Assembly: GCA_964106915.2 (NCBI GenBank)
Contig: OZ066925.1
Direction: 5' to 3' (one strand)
Source: Podarcis gaigeae
Lineage: Eukaryota
Length of the DNA stretch: 64,000 nt
Positions 1-11,408 of the stretch are shown here, in pieces; the first letter of the stretch is position 1, and the number at the start of each line of letters is the position of its first letter. Below the pieces are notes generated by a model. The model was given only the letters and a program-made list of their open reading frames with translations. It made no database searches and was not told the DNA's origin. A program made the position numbers and the translations under genes.

Positions 1-911
1 ATTTTCAGTGGTGTTTTAATTGCTTCTTTTATTTCTTAACATGCTGTATTGTACTCAAATTTGCATTCCACATAATGTTTGAAAAGTACTTTAGTAACAT
101 TACAGTTGCTAAAAAACATGAAGTGATCCACCAAGACCCTCTAGTGGTGGGTGGCAGGGTGGGGGGAATTTGAGATCCACTGTTCTAAATATTATCTAGA
201 GTGGGGGAAGGCTTTGGGTACAAGCTCAAACATTATATAGAAAAACAAAATTATTAGGGGAACAGCAATGCCAAATCTTCTTTACAATGTTATTTCCTCC
301 TGCTGGTTACAAATGATAAAATGGACTCAAACTGAGCAACACACACACCGCTTATTATATGGAAGCTATTTTATGGACTGCAAAGCATACCTGTTGCTCC
401 TAATAAACACGATGGTAGCTACTATGCTTAAGGTACGGCATGCCAAAGTATAGCATCTCTTTCTAGGTACACCAATCGCCACTAGCCTAGTTTGTACCGC
501 ACAAATTTCAGCATAATTTTTCTTTCAACCAATTTTCACCCTGGATTCTAATGGATCTTAAATGCTTTATAAACCTATAACCTAATCAGAATTTGATACC
601 TTATGACAGGCTACAACCATCATCACCAAAGACCCCCTCAGCCACGGCTAAAATATTTGCAAACAGAAAAGTTCCATGAAGAAATAATGATTTGTTATGC
701 CCCCAAATTACAAGACCACTAACCTTATTTGAATGCTTGTTTCAAGAAGCTAACTCATTGGATTGAGGGCTGGTTTCACAGATATGTGTCAGGTTGCAGT
801 TCAGGAACAATAAAACAATTTGCAAGTTCAAACTGTGGAGTGGAGTGGAGTGGAGTGGGGTGTGGAACACTAGCTATAAACTGCAAAAGAAGATTGGAGG
901 ATACTATTGTC

Positions 912-1057
912 CAGGGGCGTAGCGTGGGTTGTCAGCACCCGGGGCAAGGCAAGTAATTTGTGCCCCCTAACCCGTGGATTGCGCCCCCTAACCCTAACCC
1001 CCAGATGTTGCGCCCGGTGCGGCCGGCACCCCCGGCACCCCCCACGCTACGCCACTG
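912..1057. mobile_element. hAT-type MITE
   Basis: TIRs CAGGGGCGTAGCGTGGG / CCCACGCTACGCCACTG and a perfect 8-bp TSD CTATTGTC (904-911, 1058-1065). Confidence 0.9.
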
Positions 1058-2115
1058 CTATTGTCCAGCAATACCTTAGGGTTATATTAATGATGAAGAT
1101 ATAAAACATAACAAATTATTAATTAATTTATTAACTACTGCCTGGTTAGCAATAGAACAAAAATGGAAATCTGTCTATACACCTACAAGAGGGAACTGGG
1201 CTTTTTAGAGAGAGAGAAATGTTTTTTTAACAATGGACAAATTAATGCAATTAATTAATTCAGAAGGCTAAACAGAAATCTCATCATTTTAGGGGAAAGT
1301 ACATTTAAGCTTTAATGCAATTATTATTATAGTATGTACATTTTGCACTGCATTTCCTCCATTCAGAATCTCCCTGCTTACTTTCTCCCCACCCCCACCC
1401 CACCCCGCTGCCCCCATCATACACCTGGCAATCTAGTATAACACCTCAAGCATCTGATGAACCGGACTCTAGCCCTCAAAAGCTTTTGCCAAAATAAATT
1501 TGTTGGTCTTTTAACAGGCTGCTGCTGCCGTCGCCCACAGCTGCTTCACTTCCTTCGCGAGGTGGCGCTGTTTCCCTGCGCCAAGGAAAGAGAGGCTGTG
1601 CGTTGAATTTGGGGCGATCTGTTGCTCTGTCTGGCCGTGGACTCAATTTGGCAGTTCGGAAAGACGAGGAGAACGAAGGATGCATCGGCCAGAACAACAA
1701 CCCCCTCGGTCTCGTTCCTTGCAATGCATCGGCCCGCACAGCGAAGCTGGAGGCGATTGCTTGCCCGTCAGCCTGCCTGCCTTTCTCCTTTGCGCAGTCA
1801 CAGGCAAGAAGCTTTTGCAGCTCCCGAAACAAGGGCCATCCTTATAGATTCGGCCTGGGGTTCTCATTATAATGACCCATCGGAGGTCTTGCGCCCAGCA
1901 AAAGAAAGTATTCAGCTGCGTTTGCAAGAATTCTCTTGAGTGGATCGGTAGCCCACGTTAGTGCAGTTGTCCAGCTATAATGGCCTCTTAAGGATTCAGC
2001 CAAAAATAAACGCTTCCTTGGCCTCTCTCAAAGGGACAGCCGTCCTACACAGATGCATGGAACTGACTCTGGGCATCGACATCCGAAGAGGGTGCTTCTA
2101 TAAGCATCCCACTGT

Positions 2116-2368
2116 CTTGGATATAGCCAAGATTTAGGGGGGGGGGCAGGAAAGCCACCTGTCATCATCCTCTGTTTGGCTGTCTAGCAGAATCCGGGTG
2201 AAATGTCTCAACAGCAGTTGTTTTAAATTACTTTCTCTTGACCCCAAATGCTGAGGGGAAAAATCTGTTAAAATCTTTCTACAATTTCTACTTTTAGTCA
2301 AGTGTGTTTTATATATTTACTTGATTTAGGGAGGCAGCTGCCCCCCTTCCCCCCTGGCTACGCCCATG
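2116..2368. mobile_element. hAT-type MITE (CATGGGCGTAGCC family), degenerate left end
   Basis: Right TIR CTGGCTACGCCCATG; 8-bp TSD CCCACTGT/CCCACTGG. Confidence 0.75.
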
Positions 2369-5204
2369 CCCACTGGATCAGGGCCTCCCGAGCCATCAAG
2401 CCGCGCCAGGGCAGCGGGGGTAGCAGCTAGGCGACCTCACGTCATTCCTTTGAGAGGAAGAAAGATAACAATTGGAGTCAAAGTTGGCAGAACAGGAGGC
2501 ATTACACCTTTAGGGGGCTGCCAGGAAGACCCCTGCGAAACCCTCCATCCGGATCAGTACCTCTTAGATGTTTGGATAATTAAGTGATGTGTAGATTTTA
2601 AAACAAATAAAGTAACAAACAAGGTCGAGAAGGGCGCTGTTTGGTTTCTAATTCGGAACGTATTTTGCTTCCCAAACGTTTGTGCTCAGAGGTCTCAAGC
2701 CTCGCTGAGTTTAATGCGGACTTAACTTCTAGTTAAGTGTGTTGAGGGTCTCAGACCCGTTTGAAACCAAAGCAGTCTAGTTTTAAAAGTAATTCGCGGC
2801 CCCAAGAGAAGCAGCACTATTTCTTTCCACCAACCCAGATGGCTTTAGAAGAGGCTTGGACAAATTCTTGGAGGGCTAGCGTAGGCTTCTGGCCGCGATA
2901 CACAATCATTGGTGCTACCTGGGGTTCCCATGTCACCTCCAAACTGAAAACGTGGCCACGACCTTCCCTGCATCTATCACAAATTTAAACGAAGCTGGGG
3001 AGCAACTGAACAGCGTTAAACCAAAGGACGGATTTAAGGCTGCAACCCTAACTCCGTTTACCAGGGAGTAAGCCCCGTCGGATCAATAGGACTTACTTCT
3101 AAGTAGACATGGTTAGGGCTGCTGGCTAACAGCGCAATCCTATGCACGTTTGCCTGGCGGTAAGTTTCATTGGCCCCCATACATATACATATACAGGATT
3201 GCACCGGAAACGCTAGATTGTGGCATAAGCTTTTGTGGACTAGGTCTGTCTAGTGTATGACCCGCTTCCTTTTAATAGGAAGGAGGCAATCCTCAAAGTG
3301 CAACTTGACTGCGGAGTAAATCCCATTTAACTCAGCCGGCACGAGAGGATCTCCCCTGGAAATGCCCCCGGGCACTCCTGGAACTTGCGCATCGGAGGAC
3401 ATAAACCCGGGATAGGAAGAGGAGAGCGCAAGGGCAAGCACAAGCAACCGGGAAGCAAATCCCCAAGAAATCAAGCAAACTACGTAGGCGAGCAACCCAT
3501 CCAGAAGTCAAGGGCAGCGCTCCTTTCTATTAGGATGACGCAAGGACAGAGCCGAGATCGCCAGACGAATTCACACGGCGCAAACAGTTTAGGATGGCAG
3601 CCTCAGTCCCGAAACTTATCCTTCTCCCAATAATATCAGAAGGACCAACTAAACCTGCTGCCTGTCGTAAGATTATTACATCTGTATCCACTATTTCCCC
3701 CCAAAGATCTTTTCCTGCGCCCGCCCCAGTCTTATTCCAGCAACAACACCCCTGCGCTGTAGGTAAGTGAGACTAAGAGAAAGAGAGACGCCCACGATGA
3801 ATGACGGAGCAGAGATTTGTATCCTGGTCCTTGTCCGACCTTTCCCGCTATTACACAACGCCACACCAGCTCTAAAACGCGGTTGAGAATTTAAAAGCCC
3901 CTAATCTGCAAGGAGTCCTGGGCCCCACCGGCCCAGGGGGCAGAGGGACCAGCGAGCCTTTTCCTTTGGAAAGGGGAAGGGAAGCGGCTGAGGCTGGCTG
4001 CAATGTTGTTTTGGAAACCCAGGACGCTGGCTGCCTCTAGGAGAGGTTTTGTCCCCGGGGGTGTCGGGTCTTTTACGCAACCTGGGAATCTCGAATTGCT
4101 CCCGGCGCGTCTCCTTGCCCTTTCCAAGAAAAGCAATTGGAACAAGCCAGTGGGCGATCAGTAGGGTCCCCACTACCCCGCTACCGAGTCCCCCTACCTT
4201 CTAGCCAAGAGGCTGGAGGGTTTAAGTGACTCAACTTTGGGAGCAATTGGAGATCATGAAATGAAAGAGGTGGTCGATCCTTTACTGCCTGGAGTGGGGC
4301 AGAGATGGGGAGGAAGGGGGGAGATCCACATTTAGCCAGGCTTACCTCCCTTTTTTTTGTATTGCGAGTCAAAGGGACCGGAAAAGCGGGCATGTCTATT
4401 CACGCAGGAATGATGTTATTCGCCCTTCCACATTTCAGGAGTTGTGCTCGGCTTTAAAGTGATTCACACCCTCATTCTATCCTCATTTACTTGGAATGAA
4501 GGCCAGAGAGACCTGCTTCCAAGGCTGAAATCCTAACATGCTGTCTTGCGCCGTAGCGCACTCTGGTGTTCAGGATCAGGTTAGGTTAGAAGGCTTATGA
4601 AGAGAGCAGTTCAGCCCCACTCAAGGCCGTGGGGCCAAATAGCCGGCTTCCCTACCTGGGCCTGGCCTGGTGGGGTCTAGTGGTTAGGCGGGTTGAAGTT
4701 ACAAAGTCGCTTTGCAAATGCGGTATCTCCACGCAAAACCGCACAGGCTGTAACTGACACAGCCCGCTGGTGCCCACTGCGCGTTTTCCCCTCTGCATGG
4801 TCCCCTCACCCACTCACCCCAAGGAAACCCGGTTCTGTTCCTCAGTCTTTCACAAAAAATATCCCAAGCGGAGACAGGAGAGATCCTAAGTTACTGGGGG
4901 GGAAAGTGGGAGTAGCTGCCCTCTCTCCCCCGTGCGCACCAACTTCAGCAGCAGCAAGGCATGCAGGACAACTTTGGAGAGCAGGGAACCTTTCAGTGGG
5001 TCAAAGAGCAAACGAGAAGTGCCGTAATCATTTGAAGGCACTTGGGGGACGGGTTGATGGAGACTCGATTGACCTCGGGGTCAGGCTGGCCTCTGCGTTA
5101 GGAGAGGGGCGGGTTGGGGTGGCTGGGTGTGAGGCTGAGAAAGATACACCACCACACCAACCTGGATGCTTCCTACTTTGGAGCAAACCTAACCTTCCTA
5201 GTTT

Positions 5205-5208
<4 letters not shown>

Positions 5209-5271
<63 letters not shown>
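5209..5271. repeat. (AG)n microsatellite
   Basis: About 31 perfect units. Confidence 0.98.
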
Positions 5272-5274
<3 letters not shown>

Positions 5275-5288
5275 CTCCAGTGCCTCTT

Positions 5289-5326
5289 AAAAGGTAAAGG
5301 TAAAGGATCCCTGACAGTTAAGTCCA
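5289..5326 (-). mobile_element. Sauria SINE 3' tail fragment
   Basis: AAAGGTAAAGGTAAAGGATCCCCTGACAGTTAAGTCCAG matches the tail of the full copy at 35905. Confidence 0.65.
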
Positions 5327-5948
5327 GCCTCTTACTGCTTGCTTACTCGGGAGCTAGAAATGACCGCAGAGATCCTGAACAGCCCCGACTGAAAACACTA
5401 GCGCATCTTAAGAAGCGAGGAGAAGGTGGCTGCCACCTGCTCCAACTGCAAACCTTACCGCGCTACCGTTTGTGGTTTTCGTAACTTTATCCTTTTAGAA
5501 GGAAAACTGTGACCCGATGGAGAGACAAGCATGACAACAGGGAAGGCGCGTTAAACCGATACAAGGCTCCTCTGTTAGCTAGAGGGGAAAGGTTTTGGAG
5601 GAATGGGAGGGGAAAAAACCAATCAAAACAAAACCCTTGCTCTGCAGGCCACCTAACATTGCTTCCAAATTTTGGTGTGGAAACCTGAATGAGAACACGA
5701 TTAAGAATAGCAATCCTCTTCCCCAAGGATTGGCAGCGGAGGGTGCGCAATAGTTTTACAGCTCTCGGCCTCACACGGCCCCAGATAGTCTTGCAATTGC
5801 CTGTTTCTTGCAGCCTCAAACCCAAACTTTCTGTTTTCGCCTATCCAGTTTGGAAGGGAGGCAACACCCATCAAGATCCCTTGCCAAAAAAATAACGCGC
5901 TCAGGATTTCCGGGTGGCAGTGGCGGAGGGAAACAAAACAGACTCACG

Positions 5949-6067
5949 CATGGGCGTAGCTGCGGGGAGCCAGGGAGGGGCAGCTGCCCCCCAAAATTAA
6001 AAATTATATATACTTAAGTAACTAAGGCTCTGCCCCCCCCCCAACAAAAATCCTGGCTACGTCCATG
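5949..6067. mobile_element. hAT-type MITE
   Basis: TIRs CATGGGCGTAGC / GCTACGTCCATG and a perfect 8-bp TSD GACTCACG. Confidence 0.9.
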
Positions 6068-7219
6068 GACTCACGTAACAAGCACCACGGTTCCTCCAAG
6101 TGTAACCTCGTAGGGCTTCTCACCTCGTTTTTCTATTGCTCTCTTTATTGCTCCGGAAACTAGCCCTAATCCTAAACACATTCATTTAGAACTAAGTCGG
6201 CACACACTTGTTGGAATTGGCACTGGAATTAATGTGCTGACTTTTGAATAAATGTCCTTGGGATCGGGTTGTTCGTTCCAAGGAGATACTTGTCTCTTTT
6301 TCTTAGAGTGGCGAAGATCGGGATGCTAGGACCGCTCTCATGACAGCCTTAGACAATAGCCAAGAGAGCTAGATCAACAGTTAGCGAGTGCTCCTTCTGG
6401 ACTTAAAGCTTCATGCTGATCAAGCACAAGGGCTCTTTGGGAAAAGGAAGCCTCCCATTGTCAGAGCAGTTAATTGTTCACTTGCAGCTCTGGGAAGAAT
6501 TTCCTTCCCAACGCTCCGATCCTAAGCTTCTTTACACGGAAAGTGGGTTCTGCTGCACTCGGATCTAGATGCCAGTCAGCAAAGCCCAGGGTCGGAGTAT
6601 TTAACGATATAGTATCACTTCCTTTGCACAAATTGCAGAACTTTGCATTAAAAAAAAAGACAGACAGAAAGACACTCTTCACTCTACCCTTGCTTTCGTT
6701 TTCCATTAAAAGGAAACACAAGACGTGCCTGTATGTGTATACACATATAAACACAGAGCTAGCCACTTACGTAAATGCCTTCACAATATTTTCCAAATCG
6801 TGCCCCCCCATCAGATCTGGTGATGAGCAACAGAGGTTAATACAATCTGGATGTATTTCACAAATGAGTACATTCTTAAAGTATAATTTGAATACCAAAG
6901 TGCTCATTCATCAGCAGTTATTATTCACAGCAATTGTTATATTTTCCCTCCTTGACACAACATCCGCAAGATTTCCGACACCCCTGACTAAACAGTCCTA
7001 CTTAGAAGTAAACTCGGTTGCTGTCAATAGGACTTCTTTCCCTGATGTCTACTTTCAATGAGGTCTCTATGGAAATGTTAACCAACCAAGTTAGAGAGTA
7101 TATATGCTTTCAAGGGGGATATCAGTCAGAAGAGGGAATTCGAAGATGAATTTGAAGATGCCATCTTTTTATCTTTAGAAAGAAATTAACTAACCTAACA
7201 ACAATTATTTTATCTGGTG

Positions 7220-7225
7220 TTTATT
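7220..7225 (-). terminator. polyadenylation signal AATAAA (SP8, distal candidate)
   Basis: Plus-strand TTTATT; minus-strand context AATTAATAAACACC. Confidence 0.4.
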
Positions 7226-7480
7226 AATTCCATTTAAAATCTTACAGATAAAAATCAATTACATTTCATGCATTTAAAATGCAAATTTAAAGTGTTCCAG
7301 CGAAAGGCTTTTTTCCATTTCAATGTGAAATATCAAAACTTATTTCAACATTACAATGAGACTATTTGTTTGCAGGGTTTGCAAACTTCAAAGTAGCATC
7401 AGGAGTGTTTTAGTAACATTCACCATTATTATTTTCAGGAAATACACATAGGCCATCATTAGTCAGTTTCACTTGGACAG

Positions 7481-7486
7481 TTTATT
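7481..7486 (-). terminator. polyadenylation signal AATAAA (SP8, proximal candidate)
   Basis: Plus-strand TTTATT; minus-strand context ATTAAATAAACTG. Confidence 0.6.
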
Positions 7487-8632
7487 TAATACATGGGTCT
7501 GGGTGCGCCCACTGTTTTGAAATATAGGAGAACTCTCACTTAAACTATACCTGAACTGCCAGCAAATGCAAATAAGTACATGCTCCATTAAATTAAATGT
7601 CATTCAACATTTATCAAATATTGTTTGCTTAATTACAGTCTTACGCCTATCTAAATTAATATTCAAGCAAAAACTATATCCTGAAGTGCAATTTGCTGCA
7701 CACTTCAAGGGACAAGTTAAAAATGCAGTTAATTAGGACTGCAACAATAATGCTTTAATATTTTCTTGTGACCAAAAAGAGGAGGGGGGAAGAAGGGGGG
7801 AAGCTCAAGTGTACTTTAATATATTTTCAAATATTTACTGGAAGTAATATACAAGAAAAATACTATACAAAATCGTCTCCTGGACAACTGCATCTCACAC
7901 CGATACACTGGTGGAGTTATATTTGTTAGCTATTTTACAACGATTCCGTTGTACAAACCATTAGGTTTAGAATTATTTTACAAATATTTGTCCCTATGAC
8001 CCCCCTCTTTTTTGGCATTCAAACTACAGGCTCGCTGAAAAGCAAGGGTACTTTTTAAATTATTTAAATCAGAAAAATAATGCTACAAATAATAATTTTA
8101 ATCCTAGGTGCATCTAGAGCACTGCATGAATATAGATGCTGAAACTCTGAAATCAGAGGGCTATCATGCTGGTACAATTTTTTAAACATGGGAGAAACTT
8201 TTAAGAAAATGAAGTTACTGAAAATTAGGCTATATCTCTATCTTTTAAGAGAAAAATCATCAGAAGAGATCTGAAGTCAAACACATTTCGAATTATGGGC
8301 ACTATCCAGCCACAATTAAGCAATTTAAAGTCATTTGATTTCAATAGGATAGAATCCATCTTGAGTTTAGCCACTGAAACCAACTGGACATTAAATTTGT
8401 CTGGATTATACTCAAGGTTTCCAAGAACAAATGTAAATGTTTGTGTCCAAAAGTGTTGGATTTGCCAGAGTAATTACACTTTCTCCAAGAAGCATTTTTT
8501 AAAAAGAAAAAAAGACGAAGCATGATTTAGGCTGTGATCAATTAAGGCAGAGAACTTAGATTTATAGCCCAATCCATAATTCACTTAAATTAGTGGGGTT
8601 TACACTGATACAGTCCAATTGAAGGAAATGAA

Positions 8633-8722
8633 TGCAGCCCAACCCTATGCATGTTTTCTTCAGAAGTAAGATCCACTGTGCTCAATGGATATTACTCCCA
8701 TAAACATGCATAGGATTGTAGC
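8633..8722. mobile_element. palindromic MITE-like repeat inside the SP8 3' UTR
   Basis: 13-bp perfect inverted repeat CCTATGCATGTTT / AAACATGCATAGG. Degenerate copies of the same family occur at ~3040-3200, 21900, 26400, 29550-29700, 37160 and 48610. Confidence 0.7.
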
Positions 8723-9971
8723 TTAAGGCAACTTAATTCAGTTTTACTTACTTCTGTGTAAACATATATGGGGTTGAGCTGTAAAGTTGAAATCCTAAGG
8801 AAACCAAGAAGATCCTTGGACATAACCTCTTATTGAAGTCACTTATTTCAGAGCAATTGTTTTAGAATTGGATGCCATCGAAATCTTTTGAAATTCAGGA
8901 ATTTTCCTTTGGCTGTAAATCTCACGGGCTTCAGAGGGGATATCACTCAAAACACTCCTTTACTTGGGAGAAAGTTTAATTGACTCCCATTGAATGTAAC
9001 GCCCCACCCCCACCCCCCAACCTCAGGTAGGGATCACAGACTAAAATGCCTTGGACTAGCCTCCGAAGCAGTTTACTTGGAAATGTTGTAAAATAAGTAA
9101 CCACTTCATTCCAATTCGGAATACTCTGGCGTAAGTGATTTGCGAATGGGGCTGGTTAGTGATCACACCTACATGCACACTCACATATCCACAAACACAC
9201 ACACAAATGCTTCAGGCTTCACCCTTTTACTCCAGAGTAATCCCACCAACTTCAACGGGCAGCATTCTAGCGGGCTGGCGACTGCAGTTCAATGCAAAGT
9301 TGAAGAGAAGTTTAGGAGTGGACCGAAATAATAAGGTTTTTTTTAAAATTTAAAAAAAGCTTCCCACGATATATATATATTTAATTCAAAGTGCTTTCAG
9401 CGGGAGATCTTGGCTGCTTTTTGTTTTGTTTCCTGATAAGAGACTCTAATTCTCAATCAATAGGTTGTTGGCTCTGCAGTTTGTCCAGATCGGGATCCCA
9501 CGCCCTCCCTCCGTCCCGCAGGTTGGAGACTTCCCCCCCTGCCAAAAAATAAACCATCTTCCCCTTGGAGCGTGGAAGTCAGTGGGGAGGGGGGGCTGCC
9601 TCTCTGGAGCAGCTGCTTGGGAGACCCCCAAAGATCCCGCGAGAAAGTTCCTCCTCCTCCTCCTCTCGCCCGTGCGCGGCTCAGGCGGCGTAGCTGCGAG
9701 GGCGGCCGGGGGCCGGAGCTTGGGGGCAAGGCAGCCCAGTGAGGGGTCCGTGCGGGGGATCAATGCGCGGCGCTACTTACATGTCCAGAGAGATTTCCCC
9801 CGTGTTTTTTGTGTTTTGTTTTTAACCCCCTGACCAGAGTCGCTGAGACAGGCGCGAGGTTTCCCCTCAGGCGGCTGGGCGGGAAAACAAAAAGGCGGGA
9901 GGAGAAAGAAGGAAAACCACACACACACGAAAAGGAGTCCCCTCGGGACCTTGCCTCGGAGCCTGCCGCTT

Positions 9972-11408
9972 TCACTCCAGGCCGTTCCGGTGGCCGGGCT
10001 CGGAGGCCTGCAGCAGCTCCGGGGAGTGGCAGGGCGGGCTGCCGGGGGCGCTGTGCTCGCTGTCGGTGTCGCTGCCTTTCTTGCCGCCTCCCGAGCCGCC
10101 GCCTCCGCCGCCGCCTCCTCCCGCGCCGCCTCCGCTGTGGGTCTTGACGTGCTTGCTGAGGTGGTCGCTGCGCATGAAGCGCTTGTTGCAGACCGGGNNN
10201 NNNNNNNNNNNNNNNNNNNNNNNNNNNNNNNNNNNNNNNNNNNNNNNNNNNNNNNNNNNNNNNNNNNNNNNNNNNNNNNNNNNNNNNNNNNNNNNNNNNN
10301 NNNNNNNNNNNNNNNNNNNNNNNNNNNNNNNNNNNNNNNNNNNNNNNNNNNNNNNNNNNNNNNNNNNNNNNNNNNNNNNNNTGTGCAGGCCTTTCCTCCT
10401 CAGGCTGGCGCCGGCGGGGCCTAGCCGCTCGGCCTCCTGGCAGTTGGGGCAGTCGCAAGTGGCGCGGCCCGAGTAGCGGCGCGCCGAGGAGCGCGGGGAG
10501 CCGCCTAGCGGCGCGGAGGGGCCCGCGCCCAGCATGGAGCCTCCCGCGCCCGCCGTCAGGGGCGACGGCGACGGCTCCGGGTACGAGCCCGGCAGCACGG
10601 GCTTAAATCCGTCCATGAGGTGCTGCCCGGCGGGGCTCAGGAGGTGCGTCGAGGCCGCGCCGCTGCTGAAGGCCGAGTGGCCCGCCAGGCCCGAGTAATC
10701 CGAGTTGTAGGCGCCCAGAGGGGAGTGCAGGGAGCCGGCGGGGAGCCCCGCGGCGGCCGGGTGGACCCCGTTGGGGTTCTGCACGTCGAGCCAGCCGGCG
10801 CCCACGTCCCACCAGCTGGAGGCGCCCGCGTCGCCCGGGTGCGAAGGCTTGAACCACGACTCGTACGGGTGCGCCATGCCCACGCGCGGGTAGATGCCCT
10901 GCAGGCCGTCCACCGACGTGTGCACCTTGGAGATGAAGACCGGCTGGTGCGCGTCCTGCGCCCCTCCGCCGCCGCCGCCGCTGCCTCCCCCTCCGCCGCC
11001 GCCGCCCCCCGACGGCCCGGGCGCCTGGAAGACGGAGTAGTCGTTGGCGAAGGGCGAGCCGGCTGCCGCCGCGGCGCCGCTGGACGTGAGCGAGAAGGCG
11101 CTGGATCCCGGCGACCCGCCGCAGCTGAACGAGTCCGAGACGAGCGCGGCTGCCGCCGCCGCTGCTGCGGCCGCCGCCGCCGCGTGAGCCGAAGAGCCGT
11201 TTCGGGCCGAGGCGGAGACGCCGACGCCGGCCAGGCTGGAGCCCACGACGTTGCAGCTGCCCGACGACGAGCGTTTCCACGGGTGGAAGCCTTTGGCGAA
11301 GGGCGACGCGCTGTCCGACAGCGCCGACGGCGAGGGGCTGGGGCTGCCGATCTTGTTGCAGGTGGCGGCGAGCATGGCCAGCGGAGTGGAGCCCAGGCGC
11401 GGTTCTTC
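9972..11408 (-). CDS. SP8: SP8 transcription factor, main (last) coding exon
   Basis: Translation EEPRLGSTPLAMLAATCNKIG (Sp box), poly-Ala/poly-Gly tracts, GRATCDCPNCQE (buttonhead box), third C2H2 finger PVCNKRFMRSDHLSKHVKTH, and C-terminus SPPCHSPELLQASEPGHRNGLE* matching amniote SP8. A canonical acceptor (pyrimidine tract + CTGCAG) sits immediately before 11408, phase 0. Fingers 1-2 fall in Ns 10198..10381. Confidence 0.97.
   Translation of the reverse strand, partial: EEPRLGSTPLAMLAATCNKIGSPSPSPSALSDSASPFAKGFHPWKRSSSGSCNVVGSSLAGVGVSASARNGSSAHAAAAAAAAAAAAALVSDSFSCGGSPGSSAFSLTSSGAAAAAGSPFANDYSVFQAPGPSGGGGGGGGGSGGGGGGAQDAHQPVFISKVHTSVDGLQGIYPRVGMAHPYESWFKPSHPGDAGASSWWDVGAGWLDVQNPNGVHPAAAGLPAGSLHSPLGAYNSDYSGLAGHSAFSSGAASTHLLSPAGQHLMDGFKPVLPGSYPEPSPSPLTAGAGGSMLGAGPSAPLGGSPRSSARRYSGRATCDCPNCQEAERLGPAGASLRRKGLHXXXXXXXXXXXXXXXXXXXXXXXXXXXXXXXXXXXXXXXXXXXXXXXXXXXXXXXXXXXXXXPVCNKRFMRSDHLSKHVKTHSGGGAGGGGGGGGGSGGGKKGSDTDSEHSAPGSPPCHSPELLQASEPGHRNGLE

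Larger units (their letters stand above)
7460..9971 (-). other. SP8: SP8 3' UTR (~2.5 kb)
   Basis: Follows the stop codon. AT-rich, with a repeat-free distal part (7460-8100) ending near AATAAA at 7481-7486 (minus strand). Confidence 0.7.

Noticed and set aside
965-1002. Interstitial telomeric CCCTAA repeats
   Set aside because: Only three units, inside a TSD-bounded MITE.
4693-5484. 263-aa ORF with an ER repeat
   Set aside because: Runs through an (AG)n microsatellite and a SINE tail; no domain similarity.
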